From a bacterium (GTDB taxonomy: Bacteria; AUK180): a stretch of DNA of 64,000 bases. The notes below the pieces were generated by a model. The model was not told where the DNA came from and ran no database searches. It was given only the letters and a program-made list of their open reading frames with translations. The position numbers and the translations under genes are program-made. The stretch spans positions 6,402 to 70,401 of the forward strand of contig JAGLWT010000090.1 in the NCBI GenBank assembly GCA_023133295.1, read 5' to 3'. Position 1 is the first letter of the stretch. Every line of letters begins with the position of its first letter. This document shows, in pieces, positions 1 to 10,129 of this stretch.

Positions 1-34
1 AGAAAAGTTGCGGTTATACGCTAATATTTCTCAT

Positions 35-57
35 GCGGGGGGGCTTCGGCTCCCCGC
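35..57. terminator. GC-rich stem-loop (TTCG loop), probable terminator
   Basis: GCGGGGGGGC-TTCG-GCTCCCCGC; lies downstream of dinB (- strand) and of an unseen gene ending at the window edge. Confidence 0.5.
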
Positions 58-404
58 TAGTGTACTGTTTCATAAATCATTCACAAGTGTGAAGTGTGAA
101 GTGTAAAGTGTGATGTGGAGAGAAGAAAGGAGATTCGGGTATCCTCCCTCTGCACTACTCATTATTCACTATTTTTCGTCATTGTCGGACTTGATTCGAC
201 AATCCATCTTTCTCCCTATTTGTCATCCTGAGCTTTTCCGCGAAGGATCCATCCCTCCTACTAACCTTTAAAGCTTTGACACTTCTCAGTAATTGTCAAC
301 TGTCAATTGTCCATTGTCAATTATATTTTGTGCCTTGTGCTCTTGTCACTTGTGCACTTGTGCCCTTATCATCATTGTTACCGTCTTTATGAATCAGAGC
401 ACTA
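58..404. mobile_element. MITE-like composite bounded by TAGTG(T/C)(A/T)CTG(A/T)TTCATAAA inverted ends and filled with REP and heptamer modules
   Basis: tagtgtactgtttcataaat (58-77) vs tttatgaatcagagcacta (386-404); same end family as the 4704-4976 element; the right end supplies the dinB TAG stop. Confidence 0.5.
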
Positions 405-1544
405 AAATATAACTTTGTTCCGCTCGTATTTTTCATTCAATTTATCAACAGCATTGTAGAGTTTCATGAGCTTTTCCTTTTCTTTATGGTCCCAGAGGTC
501 AAATTGAATCCCTTCGCTTCCTTCTATGATATTGGATAATGTTATACCCAGCAATCTGAACTTCCCTAAATAATCTGAGTATTTGCCGAAGATCTCGATT
601 GCTGCTCTGTGAATGGTATTCGTGAAATTAGTGTACTCGTTCAATGTGTGCGCCGTGGTGAAGGTGGAGAAATCGGAATAACGGACCTTGAGTGTAACGG
701 TCTTGCCGAATAAATTTTTCTTTCTGGCACGCCTTCCCACTTCCGTGGCGAGCGTTCTTAATTCCCTGACGGCAAGCTCGTAGGGAAGGTCTTTTATAAA
801 TGTCCGGGAATTTCCTATGGACCTCGGTATGGGATTCTCTATGAAGGAGATGGAGTCGGAGTATTCTCCCGCGGCTATGCTGTACAGCCAAAGGCCCGCT
901 TTGCCGAATATCTGTTCCAAAAAATCCTTTTCGTAAAGCATCACCTGTCCCACGGTATAAATGCCCAACTTTTTCAGCTTTGCCGTCATCTTCGGGCCAA
1001 CGCCATTCAGGTTCTTTACTTCAAGGGTGCGGAGAAATTCTTCCTCACTGCCTTTTGTAACAACATACAGCCCGTCCGGTTTGGCTAACTTGGAGCCGCA
1101 TTTCGCGATATAGCGGGATGAACCTATCCCGATGCTTACAGGTATGCCTAATTCCTTTTGTGTGCGCTCCCGTATCAATACGGCTATCTTATGGGCATCC
1201 CCCCAGAGCAGCTGTACGCGGGAAACATCCAGATAGGCCTCATCTATGGAGACTACTTGTATATCGGGAGTGAAATCTTTCAATATGGAGAAGAAGCGCT
1301 TTGAGTATTCCGAGTATCTTCCAAATACCGGCTTGACCAGTATCAGATCAGGACAGAGGGATAATGCCTTTGCCGTCGGCATACCGGAGTGTATGCCCAA
1401 TTTCCGCGCCTCATAGGAGCCGCTGGCTATAACGCCTCTGCCGGAGGCGCTGCCGCCCACGGCGACGGGCTTCCCGCACAAACACGGGTCCTCCAATCTC
1501 TCTACGCTCACAAAGAAGGAATCAAGATCACAATGCAATATCAT
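402..1544 (-). CDS. dinB: DNA polymerase IV (Y-family)
   Basis: ILHCDLDSFFVSVE, SYEARKLGI, SIDEAYLD, AKPDG motifs; 380 aa. Confidence 0.95.
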   Translation of the reverse strand: MILHCDLDSFFVSVERLEDPCLCGKPVAVGGSASGRGVIASGSYEARKLGIHSGMPTAKALSLCPDLILVKPVFGRYSEYSKRFFSILKDFTPDIQVVSIDEAYLDVSRVQLLWGDAHKIAVLIRERTQKELGIPVSIGIGSSRYIAKCGSKLAKPDGLYVVTKGSEEEFLRTLEVKNLNGVGPKMTAKLKKLGIYTVGQVMLYEKDFLEQIFGKAGLWLYSIAAGEYSDSISFIENPIPRSIGNSRTFIKDLPYELAVRELRTLATEVGRRARKKNLFGKTVTLKVRYSDFSTFTTAHTLNEYTNFTNTIHRAAIEIFGKYSDYLGKFRLLGITLSNIIEGSEGIQFDLWDHKEKEKLMKLYNAVDKLNEKYERNKVIF

Positions 1545-1552
1545 ATTATCTT

Positions 1553-1581
1553 ATTGTACTAAAAATCTTTTTAGTAGTCAA
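1553..1581 (-). promoter_or_regulatory. sigma70 promoter of dinB with an overlapping palindromic operator
   Basis: TTGACT-17 bp-TACAAT on the - strand, 8 nt before ATG; perfect inverted repeat TACTAAAAA-TC-TTTTTAGTA at 1557-1576. Confidence 0.7.
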
Positions 1582-1622
1582 CCTTCCCGCTGCCCCATGA
1601 GACTCTGGGGCCAGCGGGAAGG
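1582..1622. other. strong GC-rich hairpin upstream of the dinB promoter (terminator/insulator)
   Basis: CCTTCCCGCTG...CAGCGGGAAGG with inner CCCCA/TGGGG stem. Confidence 0.5.
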
Positions 1623-1623
1623 G

Positions 1624-2193
1624 GTACGAAGTACGAGGTGATAAAAGCAGTACGAGGTGCGATGTACGAAGTGGAAAAAGAAACACACCCGTAACCGGAA
1701 AAACATTATTTCGTTCATCACATTAATTTACCTGTTACAATCATATCACGCCGCACCCCAACCAAGATAGGGGACACGCTTCGCAGTGCACCAGTGGACC
1801 CAGGGACAAGTGCACCAGTGGGTAATGGAAATTGCAGCACATTTGTAGGGACAGGGCTTGACCTGTCCTCTGTCATGTTGAGCACCGCGAAACATCCATC
1901 TTCTTTTCCACTTACAATCCTATCACCTTATTAACTTGTGCCTTGTGCACTTGTTACTTGTGCTCTGCGAAGCATAACCTTGAACCTTTGAACTTTTGAA
2001 CAATCTTCTCCAACCCACACATCTTTGAATCTCATTCCCTTTTTCTCTCCTAATTATTCATTGTTCATTTCTTAATTGTTCACTATTTTGCGTCATTCCC
2101 GTGCAGTTTACCCCGATTCCATCGGGGATCGGGAATCCATCTTCTCTGTTTTCTATTCCTTAATTGTCAACTGTCAATTGTCCATTGTCAATT
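1624..2193. repeat. mosaic intergenic repeat array (7-8 bp tandem repeats, GTAG REP, CGTC REPs, partial 155-bp element)
   Basis: gtacgag x4; cccagtg-type octamers; GTAGGGACAGGGCTTGACCTGTCCT 1845-1869; ttgtgc heptamers; aattgtc x4. Confidence 0.8.
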
Positions 2194-2260
2194 CTATTCA
2201 ACGTTACATATTCTTGGATTCTTGTGTAGCTTATGGTATAATTTCACACACGGAGGCAAA

Positions 2261-2989
2261 TTGGAGAAAGTAAAATCTAAAGACAAAGTATTTTTACTAA
2301 AAAATGTAATGATATGGCTGCTTGGAATCTCATTTGCCTTTATTGAAGCGGCGGTTGTTATTTATATACGATTTAACATTCATCCAAAGGGATTTTCTTT
2401 TCCCTTGGATACCTTTCTGCCATATTCTCTTTTTCGTGTTGAGTATTGTAGAGAAATCGCCACGATGCTGCTTCTTTTTTCTATTTCATATCTGATAGCA
2501 AAAACAAAAAAGCAGTGGTTTTCATATTTCTTTATCTTATTTGGTATATGGGACATATTTTATTATGTTTTTTTGAAAATATTTTTAAATTGGCCTGAAA
2601 CTTTGGGAACCTGGGACCTGCTATTTCTGATTCCGGTCAATTGGATAGGGCCCGTATGGGCACCCATTCTGGTCAGCATGATCTTTATTTCGCTGGGATA
2701 TCTCTTGATCAAGCTTCCTAATAAGTTAAATCTGAAATTCTTCATAGCATTTTTTGTCGGCTGCCTTTTCATCTATGTTTCTTTTACATTGGATTTCACA
2801 AAGTATTTAATCCAGAATAGGTTTTTTGAAAATTCCACTTTCACTTATGCACTTGAGCTTTCAGCGAATTATGTTCCTGCAAAATTTCCAATTGTTTACT
2901 TCTTGATCGGAATTGTTTGTCTTATGATCTCCCCGATATCCCTTATTTCGGGTGATGTAAAAAGGATTGTTCAAAAGTTGAAAGGTTGA
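2261..2989 (+). CDS. conserved hypothetical multi-pass membrane protein
   Basis: hydrophobic ORF with EAAVVIY, REIATM, WDIFYY, WDLLFLIPVNWIGPVWAP; GGAGG RBS before TTG 2261. Confidence 0.75.
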   Translation: MEKVKSKDKVFLLKNVMIWLLGISFAFIEAAVVIYIRFNIHPKGFSFPLDTFLPYSLFRVEYCREIATMLLLFSISYLIAKTKKQWFSYFFILFGIWDIFYYVFLKIFLNWPETLGTWDLLFLIPVNWIGPVWAPILVSMIFISLGYLLIKLPNKLNLKFFIAFFVGCLFIYVSFTLDFTKYLIQNRFFENSTFTYALELSANYVPAKFPIVYFLIGIVCLMISPISLISGDVKRIVQKLKG

Positions 2990-3007
2990 AGGTTCTAAAT
3001 GCAACAA

Positions 3008-3162
3008 GAAACACATCCGTAACCGGAAAAACAATATTTCGTTTAAACCACTAATTTTTCTGTTACAATCATATCGCGCCGCACCCCAAACAAGATATGG
3101 GACATGTCGTACGCCGCAGGCGTTCGTCTGTCCCGATGTAAAAGTTCCAAGCGGAGAGTTGA
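3008..3162 (+). repeat. ~155 bp dispersed repeat (inverted copy 4996-5151, partial copy 1680-1777)
   Basis: shared GGGACATGTCGTAC..GCAGG.GTTCGTCTGTCCCGATGTAAAAGTTCCAAGC core. Confidence 0.8.
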
Positions 3163-3242
3163 AAATTGTGAAACAATTGTACACTCTTCGCCCCGTTAGA
3201 ATAAAGCGCAAGTATTATTCACAATTCCCTTCTCAGCACCAG

Positions 3243-4550
3243 TTATTTGCTTTTTTGAATTTGTTCGATCTCTTCATCAGAAAGATCGGTCATAAAACGG
3301 CATAATTCGGGATCGAATTGAGTGCCCGCGTACTTCTTCAATTCCTTTTTGGCATCAGCTATGGATTTGGGCTCTTTATAAGGCCTGAAGTTTATCATTA
3401 CATCGAATGCGTCAATTACCGCCAGTATTCTCGCGTAATACGGGATCTCTTTACCTTTTAAACCTTCCGGATATCCCGCTCCGTCCCATCTTTCATGATG
3501 GTATTTTATCGCACTGATAACATTTTTATAATCGCTGAACGGCTTCATTATCTCAGCGCCTTTAGCGGCGTGCACTTTTACTTCTTCATATTCTTCAGGC
3601 GTCAACTTTCCCGGCTTGTTCAGAAGTTCGTCAGAAATGGAGATCTTGCCTATGTCGTGGAGGGCGGCGGCAAGCTCTATTTCCCGCAGCTCCGCATTAT
3701 TTAATTTCAGCTTTTCTCCGATCACTTGCGAGTATAATACTAATCGCCCGCAATGGCCGGCGGTGCATTTATCCCTGTCTTCAATAAGATTGGAAAAGGT
3801 TACGATCAGGTCTTTGTAGAATGTTTCGATCTTGGCGTTCAATGTTGAATTTTCTATTATCGACCCGATCTGATGCGAAACGAATTCAAGGATCACTATT
3901 TCATTCTCGGTCATAAAATATTTATTATGCGGCTGGACCGCCACGGTTATGACCCCGTATGTCTTTGTCTTTCCGTAAACAGGCGCGACCGCGTATTGAG
4001 TGGAATACACTCTCTGCTCATCCTTCATTCTGACATTGAATTTCTTTTCCTTAAAGCGGTCTGTTATGAAAAACGATTTTCGTTCTGAAAAACAACGCGC
4101 GACATGATTTCTCATTTTTTCGCCTTCGGTCTCAGAGGGATGGATATGAAGGCTCTTCGTATAACTTACTGGAAGTCCCAGTGACCGTACACATTCGATC
4201 TTTTCAGTCTGATCATCATAAAGCATAAGCCCCGCGCGATCGTATCCGAATACCGATCTCAGCCCTTTTATTATCTTGTCAAATAACTTATCTTCATTGC
4301 GCTCATTGATCAATTCTCCCAAAAGATTGAGGAATTTCTCCGCGGTTTCCTGCTCGAGAATAACGGGGGTCTTTTTGTTTTCCGATTTATAATTATCCAG
4401 GAGCTGCTCCAGTTTTTCATTCTTCTGCTCCGCATAATACAATCTGTCCAGCAGATATTGAAATGCTTCGGGATATTTGGCCGCTTCTTTTTTGGTTTTC
4501 TCAAGCCATTGCAAGTTGTTCTTGTCCATGACTCTGATTGTATCACGCAA
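3243..4550 (-). CDS. GAF + HD-GYP c-di-GMP phosphodiesterase
   Basis: TAGHCGR, LHDIGK, HHERWDGAGYPEGL, GTQFDP motifs; central GAF domain; alternative start ATG 4529. Confidence 0.9.
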   Translation of the reverse strand: MRDTIRVMDKNNLQWLEKTKKEAAKYPEAFQYLLDRLYYAEQKNEKLEQLLDNYKSENKKTPVILEQETAEKFLNLLGELINERNEDKLFDKIIKGLRSVFGYDRAGLMLYDDQTEKIECVRSLGLPVSYTKSLHIHPSETEGEKMRNHVARCFSERKSFFITDRFKEKKFNVRMKDEQRVYSTQYAVAPVYGKTKTYGVITVAVQPHNKYFMTENEIVILEFVSHQIGSIIENSTLNAKIETFYKDLIVTFSNLIEDRDKCTAGHCGRLVLYSQVIGEKLKLNNAELREIELAAALHDIGKISISDELLNKPGKLTPEEYEEVKVHAAKGAEIMKPFSDYKNVISAIKYHHERWDGAGYPEGLKGKEIPYYARILAVIDAFDVMINFRPYKEPKSIADAKKELKKYAGTQFDPELCRFMTDLSDEEIEQIQKSK

Positions 4551-4703
4551 ATATAATATTTACAACTCCATCAAAAGAAATGAACAACTGCAGAATACTC
4601 GTAGGGACAGGGCTTGACCTGTCCTCCGTCATCTTGAGTGTAACGGAAAATCCATCTGGTTGTGAATATCGGTTGCATGTGATTCTAACGGGGCAAAGAG
4701 TTT

Positions 4704-4976
4704 AGTGTTCTGATTCATAGATACGATGACAATGGAATGCTTAGATTTGAGTCAATTCCAACGAACAATGAGTGCGGTGTACCCTTTGTGGTACATAAGC
4801 GAAGAGAAAGGAATAAATTGACCAAAGATGAGATTCCCTTCGGGCTGAAGCTCTTTTTATATCTTCTGCGTTGCTCGTCGCTTACATACCGCTGTGGGTA
4901 TGCAGCGTTCCTCGCGCCTTGAATACGGAACAAAATAGCGTCAGCCATTATTATCGTATTTATGAATCAGAACACT
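4704..4976. mobile_element. MITE with ~32 bp imperfect terminal inverted repeats
   Basis: agtgttctgattcatagatacgatgacaatgg / ccattattatcgtatttatgaatcagaacact; internal CTGCGTTGCTCGTCG..CTCGCGCCTTG structured core; no real ORF. Confidence 0.75.
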
Positions 4977-4995
4977 CGTATCGCTTCGCTTCCTG

Positions 4996-5151
4996 TCAAC
5001 TCTTTGCTTGGAACTTTTACATCGGGACAGACGAACTCCTGCGGAGTACGACATGTCCCATATCTTAATTCGCTCCGGCGTTCTATTCCTTTTATCGCGT
5101 GATTTTAATGGAAGTAACGAAATATTGATTTTTCGTTTACGGATGCGTTTC
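4996..5151 (-). repeat. inverted copy of the 3008-3162 repeat
   Basis: reverse-complement match to 3008-3162. Confidence 0.8.
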
Positions 5152-5300
5152 TTTTTCCCTTCCCTACTTGTCCCTGGGACACTGGGTTACTGGGCTACTT
5201 ACTAATAATTGTCAAGTGTCAATTGTCCATTGTCAATTCTATTAAACGTTACAAGTTTTTGATTTCCAATCGGCTTATGGTATAATACCAAAGTAGGAAG

Positions 5301-6257
5301 GTGAGTAGAGTGAAAGAAAAAGCAAGAAGTAAGAACAAGGTCTCCTTATTGTCATTAATTCTGATATTTGCGGTAATATTTCTTGGCAGCAGCGGCTGTT
5401 CTCTGAAGAAATTCGTCATAAGAAAAGTGGCTAATGCCCTCACAGGTGAAGGAAGTACTGTTTTTACAGGGGACAATGATCCGCAGCTTGTCGCTGACGC
5501 GCTTCCATTCGCATTGAAATTGTATGAGTCGCTACTTGAAGCGGACGGTGAAAATACCGCACTTCTGAAAACTACGGGAATGGCGTTCAGCATGTACGCA
5601 TATGCGTTCGTTCAACAGCCCGCCAATTACCTTCCTTCAACCGAATTCGACCTCAAACGAGCGGAAAGGGCGCGGGCGAAACAGCTCTTTCTCCGTGCAT
5701 ACGGATACCTTCTGACGGCCTGTAATTACAAGTTCCCCGGATTCAAGGAAGCATTTGAAGCCGGAAAGATCTCACAATATACAAAGGATTTCAAGAAGGA
5801 AGATATTTCTCTTTTATATTGGACATCAATGTCGCTAATGGGAGCATATTCCTTAGAAAAATTCGACATGGATATCGCAATGCTCACTCCTTCTGCTGTC
5901 GGCTTGTTAAAAGAATGCCTCCTGCTTGATGAAGCTTACGGTGACGGGCTCCTTCATGAGTTTTTCATCACATATTACGGCAGTATGCCCCCTTCTATGG
6001 GAGGGAGTGAGGAAAAGGCCCGGGAGCATTACAAACGGGCGATGGAGCTGTCACACGGCGAAAAATGTGGCCCGTATGTTGCATTTGCTACTTCGGTATC
6101 TGTGAAGAATCAGGACCGGGATGAATTTAACCGGCTTCTGGATTCCGCATTGAAGATCGATCCCGAGGCGGACCCTTCAAATCGTTTGCAGACATTGATC
6201 ACTCAGAAGCATGCAAGGTGGCTGAAAGCGCATTCCGACGACATGTTTCTGGAATAG
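5301..6257 (+). CDS. tatT: TRAP transporter TatT component lipoprotein (TPAT system)
   Basis: lipobox LGSSGC; FTGDNDPQLVADALPFALKLYESLL; GGSEEKAREHY; lies upstream of dctP and dctQM. Confidence 0.85.
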   Translation: MSRVKEKARSKNKVSLLSLILIFAVIFLGSSGCSLKKFVIRKVANALTGEGSTVFTGDNDPQLVADALPFALKLYESLLEADGENTALLKTTGMAFSMYAYAFVQQPANYLPSTEFDLKRAERARAKQLFLRAYGYLLTACNYKFPGFKEAFEAGKISQYTKDFKKEDISLLYWTSMSLMGAYSLEKFDMDIAMLTPSAVGLLKECLLLDEAYGDGLLHEFFITYYGSMPPSMGGSEEKAREHYKRAMELSHGEKCGPYVAFATSVSVKNQDRDEFNRLLDSALKIDPEADPSNRLQTLITQKHARWLKAHSDDMFLE

Positions 6258-6266
6258 GAGTATTGT

Positions 6267-7271
6267 ATGAAGAAAACACTGACAGTTATTTTACTCATAT
6301 CAGCGATATTTATTTACGGCGAGAGAATTATCAAGCTTGGTACACTCGCTCCCTCTAACTCTCCCTGGGATGTCGCCCTGAACAAATTGTCGGCTGAATG
6401 GGAGAAAATATCGGATGGAGAGATCAAGCTGAGGACTTATACAGGCGGTGTTGCCGGTGATGAAAGGGATATGCTCAGAAAGCTGCGGCTCAATCAACTT
6501 CAGGCCGTCGGTGTCACGGGAATGGGGTTAAGAGTCCTCTTTCCTGATATAATGGCCCTTCAACTCCCCATGGTGATCAGGGATACACAAGAGCTTCTCT
6601 ATGTCTTTGAAAAAATGGCACCGTTCTATGAAGAGAACCTTGAGAAAAGGGGATACAAGGTCATTATATGGTCGGTCGTCGGCTGGGCTCATTTCTTTAC
6701 TCAGAAGCCCGTCGTATATCCCGAAGACCTCAAGAAACAGAAATTATGGGTCTGGCAGGGCGAAGCCCGCGAGATTCAGATCTGGAAAGAATTAGGCTTC
6801 CATGTGGTGCCTCTTCCCTCGACCGAATTAATGACAGCTCTGCAAAGCGGAATGGTGGAGGGTTTTACCACCAATGTTATTCAAGCCGCGGCGTCCCAAT
6901 GGTTCGGCCTTGTAAATAATATGTGCGGAATGAACTGGGCGCCTTTTGTAGGTGCTATCATTATTTCTAAGCGGGAGTGGGATAGATTTCCGGATGAGCT
7001 AAAGCCGAAACTTTTAAAAGCGGTTGAAGATGTCAAGGCGATGCTGGAGGAGGATATCCTTGCCGCGAATGATAAATCCATTGAAGTCATGACCAAACAC
7101 GGCCTTCAGATCTCCGAAGTCCCGGAAGACGCGATAAGGGCGTGGGAGAAGGAAGTGAAGCGCGGTGTCGAAGAACATCTGGTGGGAAATACGGTCAGCA
7201 AAGAGGCCTACGATATGGTTCAGGGCTGTGTAACGGAATACAGAGAGAAAAAGAAAAAAGAAACTGAATGA
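6267..7271 (+). CDS. dctP: TRAP substrate-binding protein DctP (TatP-type)
   Basis: IKLGTLAPSNSPW, GGVAGDERDMLRKLR, TALQSGMV. Confidence 0.9.
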   Translation: MKKTLTVILLISAIFIYGERIIKLGTLAPSNSPWDVALNKLSAEWEKISDGEIKLRTYTGGVAGDERDMLRKLRLNQLQAVGVTGMGLRVLFPDIMALQLPMVIRDTQELLYVFEKMAPFYEENLEKRGYKVIIWSVVGWAHFFTQKPVVYPEDLKKQKLWVWQGEAREIQIWKELGFHVVPLPSTELMTALQSGMVEGFTTNVIQAAASQWFGLVNNMCGMNWAPFVGAIIISKREWDRFPDELKPKLLKAVEDVKAMLEEDILAANDKSIEVMTKHGLQISEVPEDAIRAWEKEVKRGVEEHLVGNTVSKEAYDMVQGCVTEYREKKKKETE

Positions 7272-9166
7272 AGATAAGCATCGACAGGATTTTCAAAGGA
7301 AGCCAGAATATTTCCACATACATCATCTTATTTCTGATATCCGCGCTTCCATTCACGGAATTATTACTCAGATTTTTCTTTAAAACAGGAATCTGCGCAT
7401 CGGCGCTCTATATACAGCATCTTGTGATCTGGATAGCATTTGTGGGTGGTGTGATCGCTGCTCGGAACAATAAACATCTCTCGCTGTCCGCCGGTGTCAA
7501 CCTTCTTAAAGACCCGTATAAACAAATTATCGAAAGTATCACTATGCTGATTACTATTACTGTTCTTACGCTGCTGACATTTTCCTCGGCATCATTTATT
7601 TTTCTGGGGTTTGAGAAGGCGCAGAAGATCGGATTTCTTCCCATACGCCTAATCCTGCTCATTATCCCGATCTCCTATGTGATGATGAGCTATTACTTCA
7701 TCAAGAACCTCAGAGGCAAATGGCTTCCCCGAATAGTGATCTTACTCGGCGTGCTTCTAGGATTGATACTCTCATATTCGTCCATTTTGAAGCTCATTTC
7801 TTATATTATATCTGCCGGCGGCAATTGGGAAGCTTCAGGGAAGGTCCTTGATCTCATTTATACCTTTGACGACCTCCTGCTTCCGCTATTTAAAGCCCTC
7901 GCGGTCCCGGTGATCATTGTTATTATTGTCTCGGCATTTATGGGCACTCCGATCTTTATCGTGCTTGCCGGTATCACATATTCATTTTTTACCTTATCAT
8001 CCGGTGCGATGGAAATGATCCCGAATGAGGCATATACAATGCTTACCGGTCCCGCTATCCCAGCTATCCCCCTGTTCACTCTTGCGGGGATCACACTTTC
8101 ACAAAGCAATGCCGGTGAGCGTCTCGTCAGATTCTTCAAGGCTGTATTCGGCTGGATGACCGGCGGATTGGCTGTCGTGACCATCATCATCTGTGCGTTT
8201 TTCACCACCTTTACCGGCGCGTCGGGTGTTACGATACTTGCGCTTGGAGGGTTATTGTCATTCATCCTGATAAATGATAACTTCAAACGCCCGTTCACCA
8301 TCGGATTGCTGACATCATCGGGCAGTATCGGACTTCTTTTTCCTCCGAGCCTTCCTATTATCATGTATGGCGTCTCAGCAAGGGTCAGCATCAAGGAGAT
8401 GTTCATCGGCGGTATTATCCCCGGCCTGCTCATGGTGACATCGCTTATCGTAATGAGTATGATATATGCCAAGAAGCAAAAGGTTAAACGGACCAAATTT
8501 GAATTGAAGGAAGTTTTCCTGTCTTTCAAAGAAGCCATCTGGGAGATACTTCTTCCTGTCTTTGTGCTGGTCTTTTATTTTTCAGGACTTACCACGCTTA
8601 CTGAAACCGCATCATTGGCTGTGATCTATATTATGATAATCGAGCTCTTTGTAAAAAAGGATATAAAGATAAGCGATCTGAAAACAGTATTTGTAAAGAC
8701 CATCGGGATGATCGGCGGAATACTTGTCATCCTTGCTGTGGCAAAAGGGCTTTCATATTATATCGTCGATGCTCACATACCCACAAAACTGTCCGCATTG
8801 CTCACCACCCACATACATTCCAAATATGTATTTCTTCTTTTATTGAATATCGCGCTCTTGATAACCGGATGTCTCATGGATATATTCTCGGCGATCATCG
8901 TTGTTGTGCCGCTCATCATTCCAATGGCGCAGGCATACGGTATCGATCCCATACATCTCGGTGTGATCTTCCTGGCGAATCTTGAACTGGGATATCTGAC
9001 CCCTCCGGTGGGGATCAATTTGTTCTTGTCCTCCTATTCCTTTAACGAACCGCTGGTGAAGGTTTACCGGTATGTTCTTCCATTCCTCTTGCTCCTCATC
9101 ATCAATGTCTTATTGATAACATATCTGCCTTGGCTCTCCACCTTCCTGAATTCGTTGCTGAGCTAG
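7268..9166 (+). CDS. dctM: TRAP transporter fused small/large permease DctQM
   Basis: 632 aa; N-terminal DctQ-like part; FTTFTGASGVTILALGG, GSIGLLFPPSLP, LGYLTPPVGINLF. Confidence 0.9.
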   Translation: MKISIDRIFKGSQNISTYIILFLISALPFTELLLRFFFKTGICASALYIQHLVIWIAFVGGVIAARNNKHLSLSAGVNLLKDPYKQIIESITMLITITVLTLLTFSSASFIFLGFEKAQKIGFLPIRLILLIIPISYVMMSYYFIKNLRGKWLPRIVILLGVLLGLILSYSSILKLISYIISAGGNWEASGKVLDLIYTFDDLLLPLFKALAVPVIIVIIVSAFMGTPIFIVLAGITYSFFTLSSGAMEMIPNEAYTMLTGPAIPAIPLFTLAGITLSQSNAGERLVRFFKAVFGWMTGGLAVVTIIICAFFTTFTGASGVTILALGGLLSFILINDNFKRPFTIGLLTSSGSIGLLFPPSLPIIMYGVSARVSIKEMFIGGIIPGLLMVTSLIVMSMIYAKKQKVKRTKFELKEVFLSFKEAIWEILLPVFVLVFYFSGLTTLTETASLAVIYIMIIELFVKKDIKISDLKTVFVKTIGMIGGILVILAVAKGLSYYIVDAHIPTKLSALLTTHIHSKYVFLLLLNIALLITGCLMDIFSAIIVVVPLIIPMAQAYGIDPIHLGVIFLANLELGYLTPPVGINLFLSSYSFNEPLVKVYRYVLPFLLLLIINVLLITYLPWLSTFLNSLLS

Positions 9167-9660
9167 CGAAGCGTGGGACGCTTCGCAGTGCACAAGGCAC
9201 AAGGGACAAGTGCACAAGTGGGTAAAGAATGAGAATGAAACAGTTAGATAAATTATAGGGACAGGGCTTGACCTGTCCTCCGTCATTCCCGTGAAAGCAG
9301 GGAATCCATCTGGTATTTGCTTCTTGTGTTTTCCCCATTATTCATTATTCACTATTCACTGTTCACTATATTCAAACCTATCACCTTATCATCTTATCAA
9401 CTATTTCTCCACTTCGCACCTCACACTTCCAACCTCGTACTCAGTCTGCGCAGCAGGCTGTTGGGTCCACTGGGTCACTGCGAAGCGTGTCACTTGTGCA
9501 CTTGTCGCTTGTGCTCTGCGCAGCATACCCACTTTACACTTCACACTTCACACCTCACACTTTCTTCTGCACTTGTCCCTGGGTCCACTTGTGCCTGGGT
9601 CCACTGCGCAGCGTGTCCATTGTCAATTTTATTCTGTCATTATCGGAGGATGCTTTGCGG
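9164..9660. repeat. mosaic intergenic repeat array with GCGAAGC junctions
   Basis: gcacaag, ttcacta, cacttca and cccagtg tandem repeats; GTAG-CGTC REP pair at 9255-9318. Confidence 0.8.
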
Positions 9661-9733
9661 CAATCTCTCTTTTCACACAACCCCTTGAACAATAATCTTG
9701 ATTATTGTACAATAGAGTGAAGGAGTCACACCC

Positions 9734-10129
9734 ATGGAAACTTTCGAGAAATATGTCATCATCGTTGGTGTAGTAGCTGTTTTTGCAATTGCCTATCTCA
9801 TCCTCTACTGGCTGTTCCTAAAGAAGCAGGAATTCTGGGTGAAGATCGTCGCCATCATCGTATGTTCCCCCATCGTATCGTTTCTTACGAAGTTCATTAC
9901 ATTCCCTTCCCAGAAGACCGGACTGGTGCAGAAAGGCATCCCGTTCCATTATTATACGCCTGCCCAGGAGTCAGTCGGCACATTCATAAAAAGCATAATA
10001 AAATCCGCTGAAGTTAATTCTTCCGGAATGGACTGGGAAAGATTTTTCTGGAATACTGTATTTTATGCCGGAGTATTTTTGATTATCACCATGTTTGTCA
10101 AGAGCAAACAGAAAAAAAAGAAAGACTAG
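9734..10129 (+). CDS. hypothetical membrane protein
   Basis: AAGGAG RBS; 3 hydrophobic segments; promoter-like TTGAAC...TACAAT upstream. Confidence 0.75.
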   Translation: METFEKYVIIVGVVAVFAIAYLILYWLFLKKQEFWVKIVAIIVCSPIVSFLTKFITFPSQKTGLVQKGIPFHYYTPAQESVGTFIKSIIKSAEVNSSGMDWERFFWNTVFYAGVFLIITMFVKSKQKKKKD

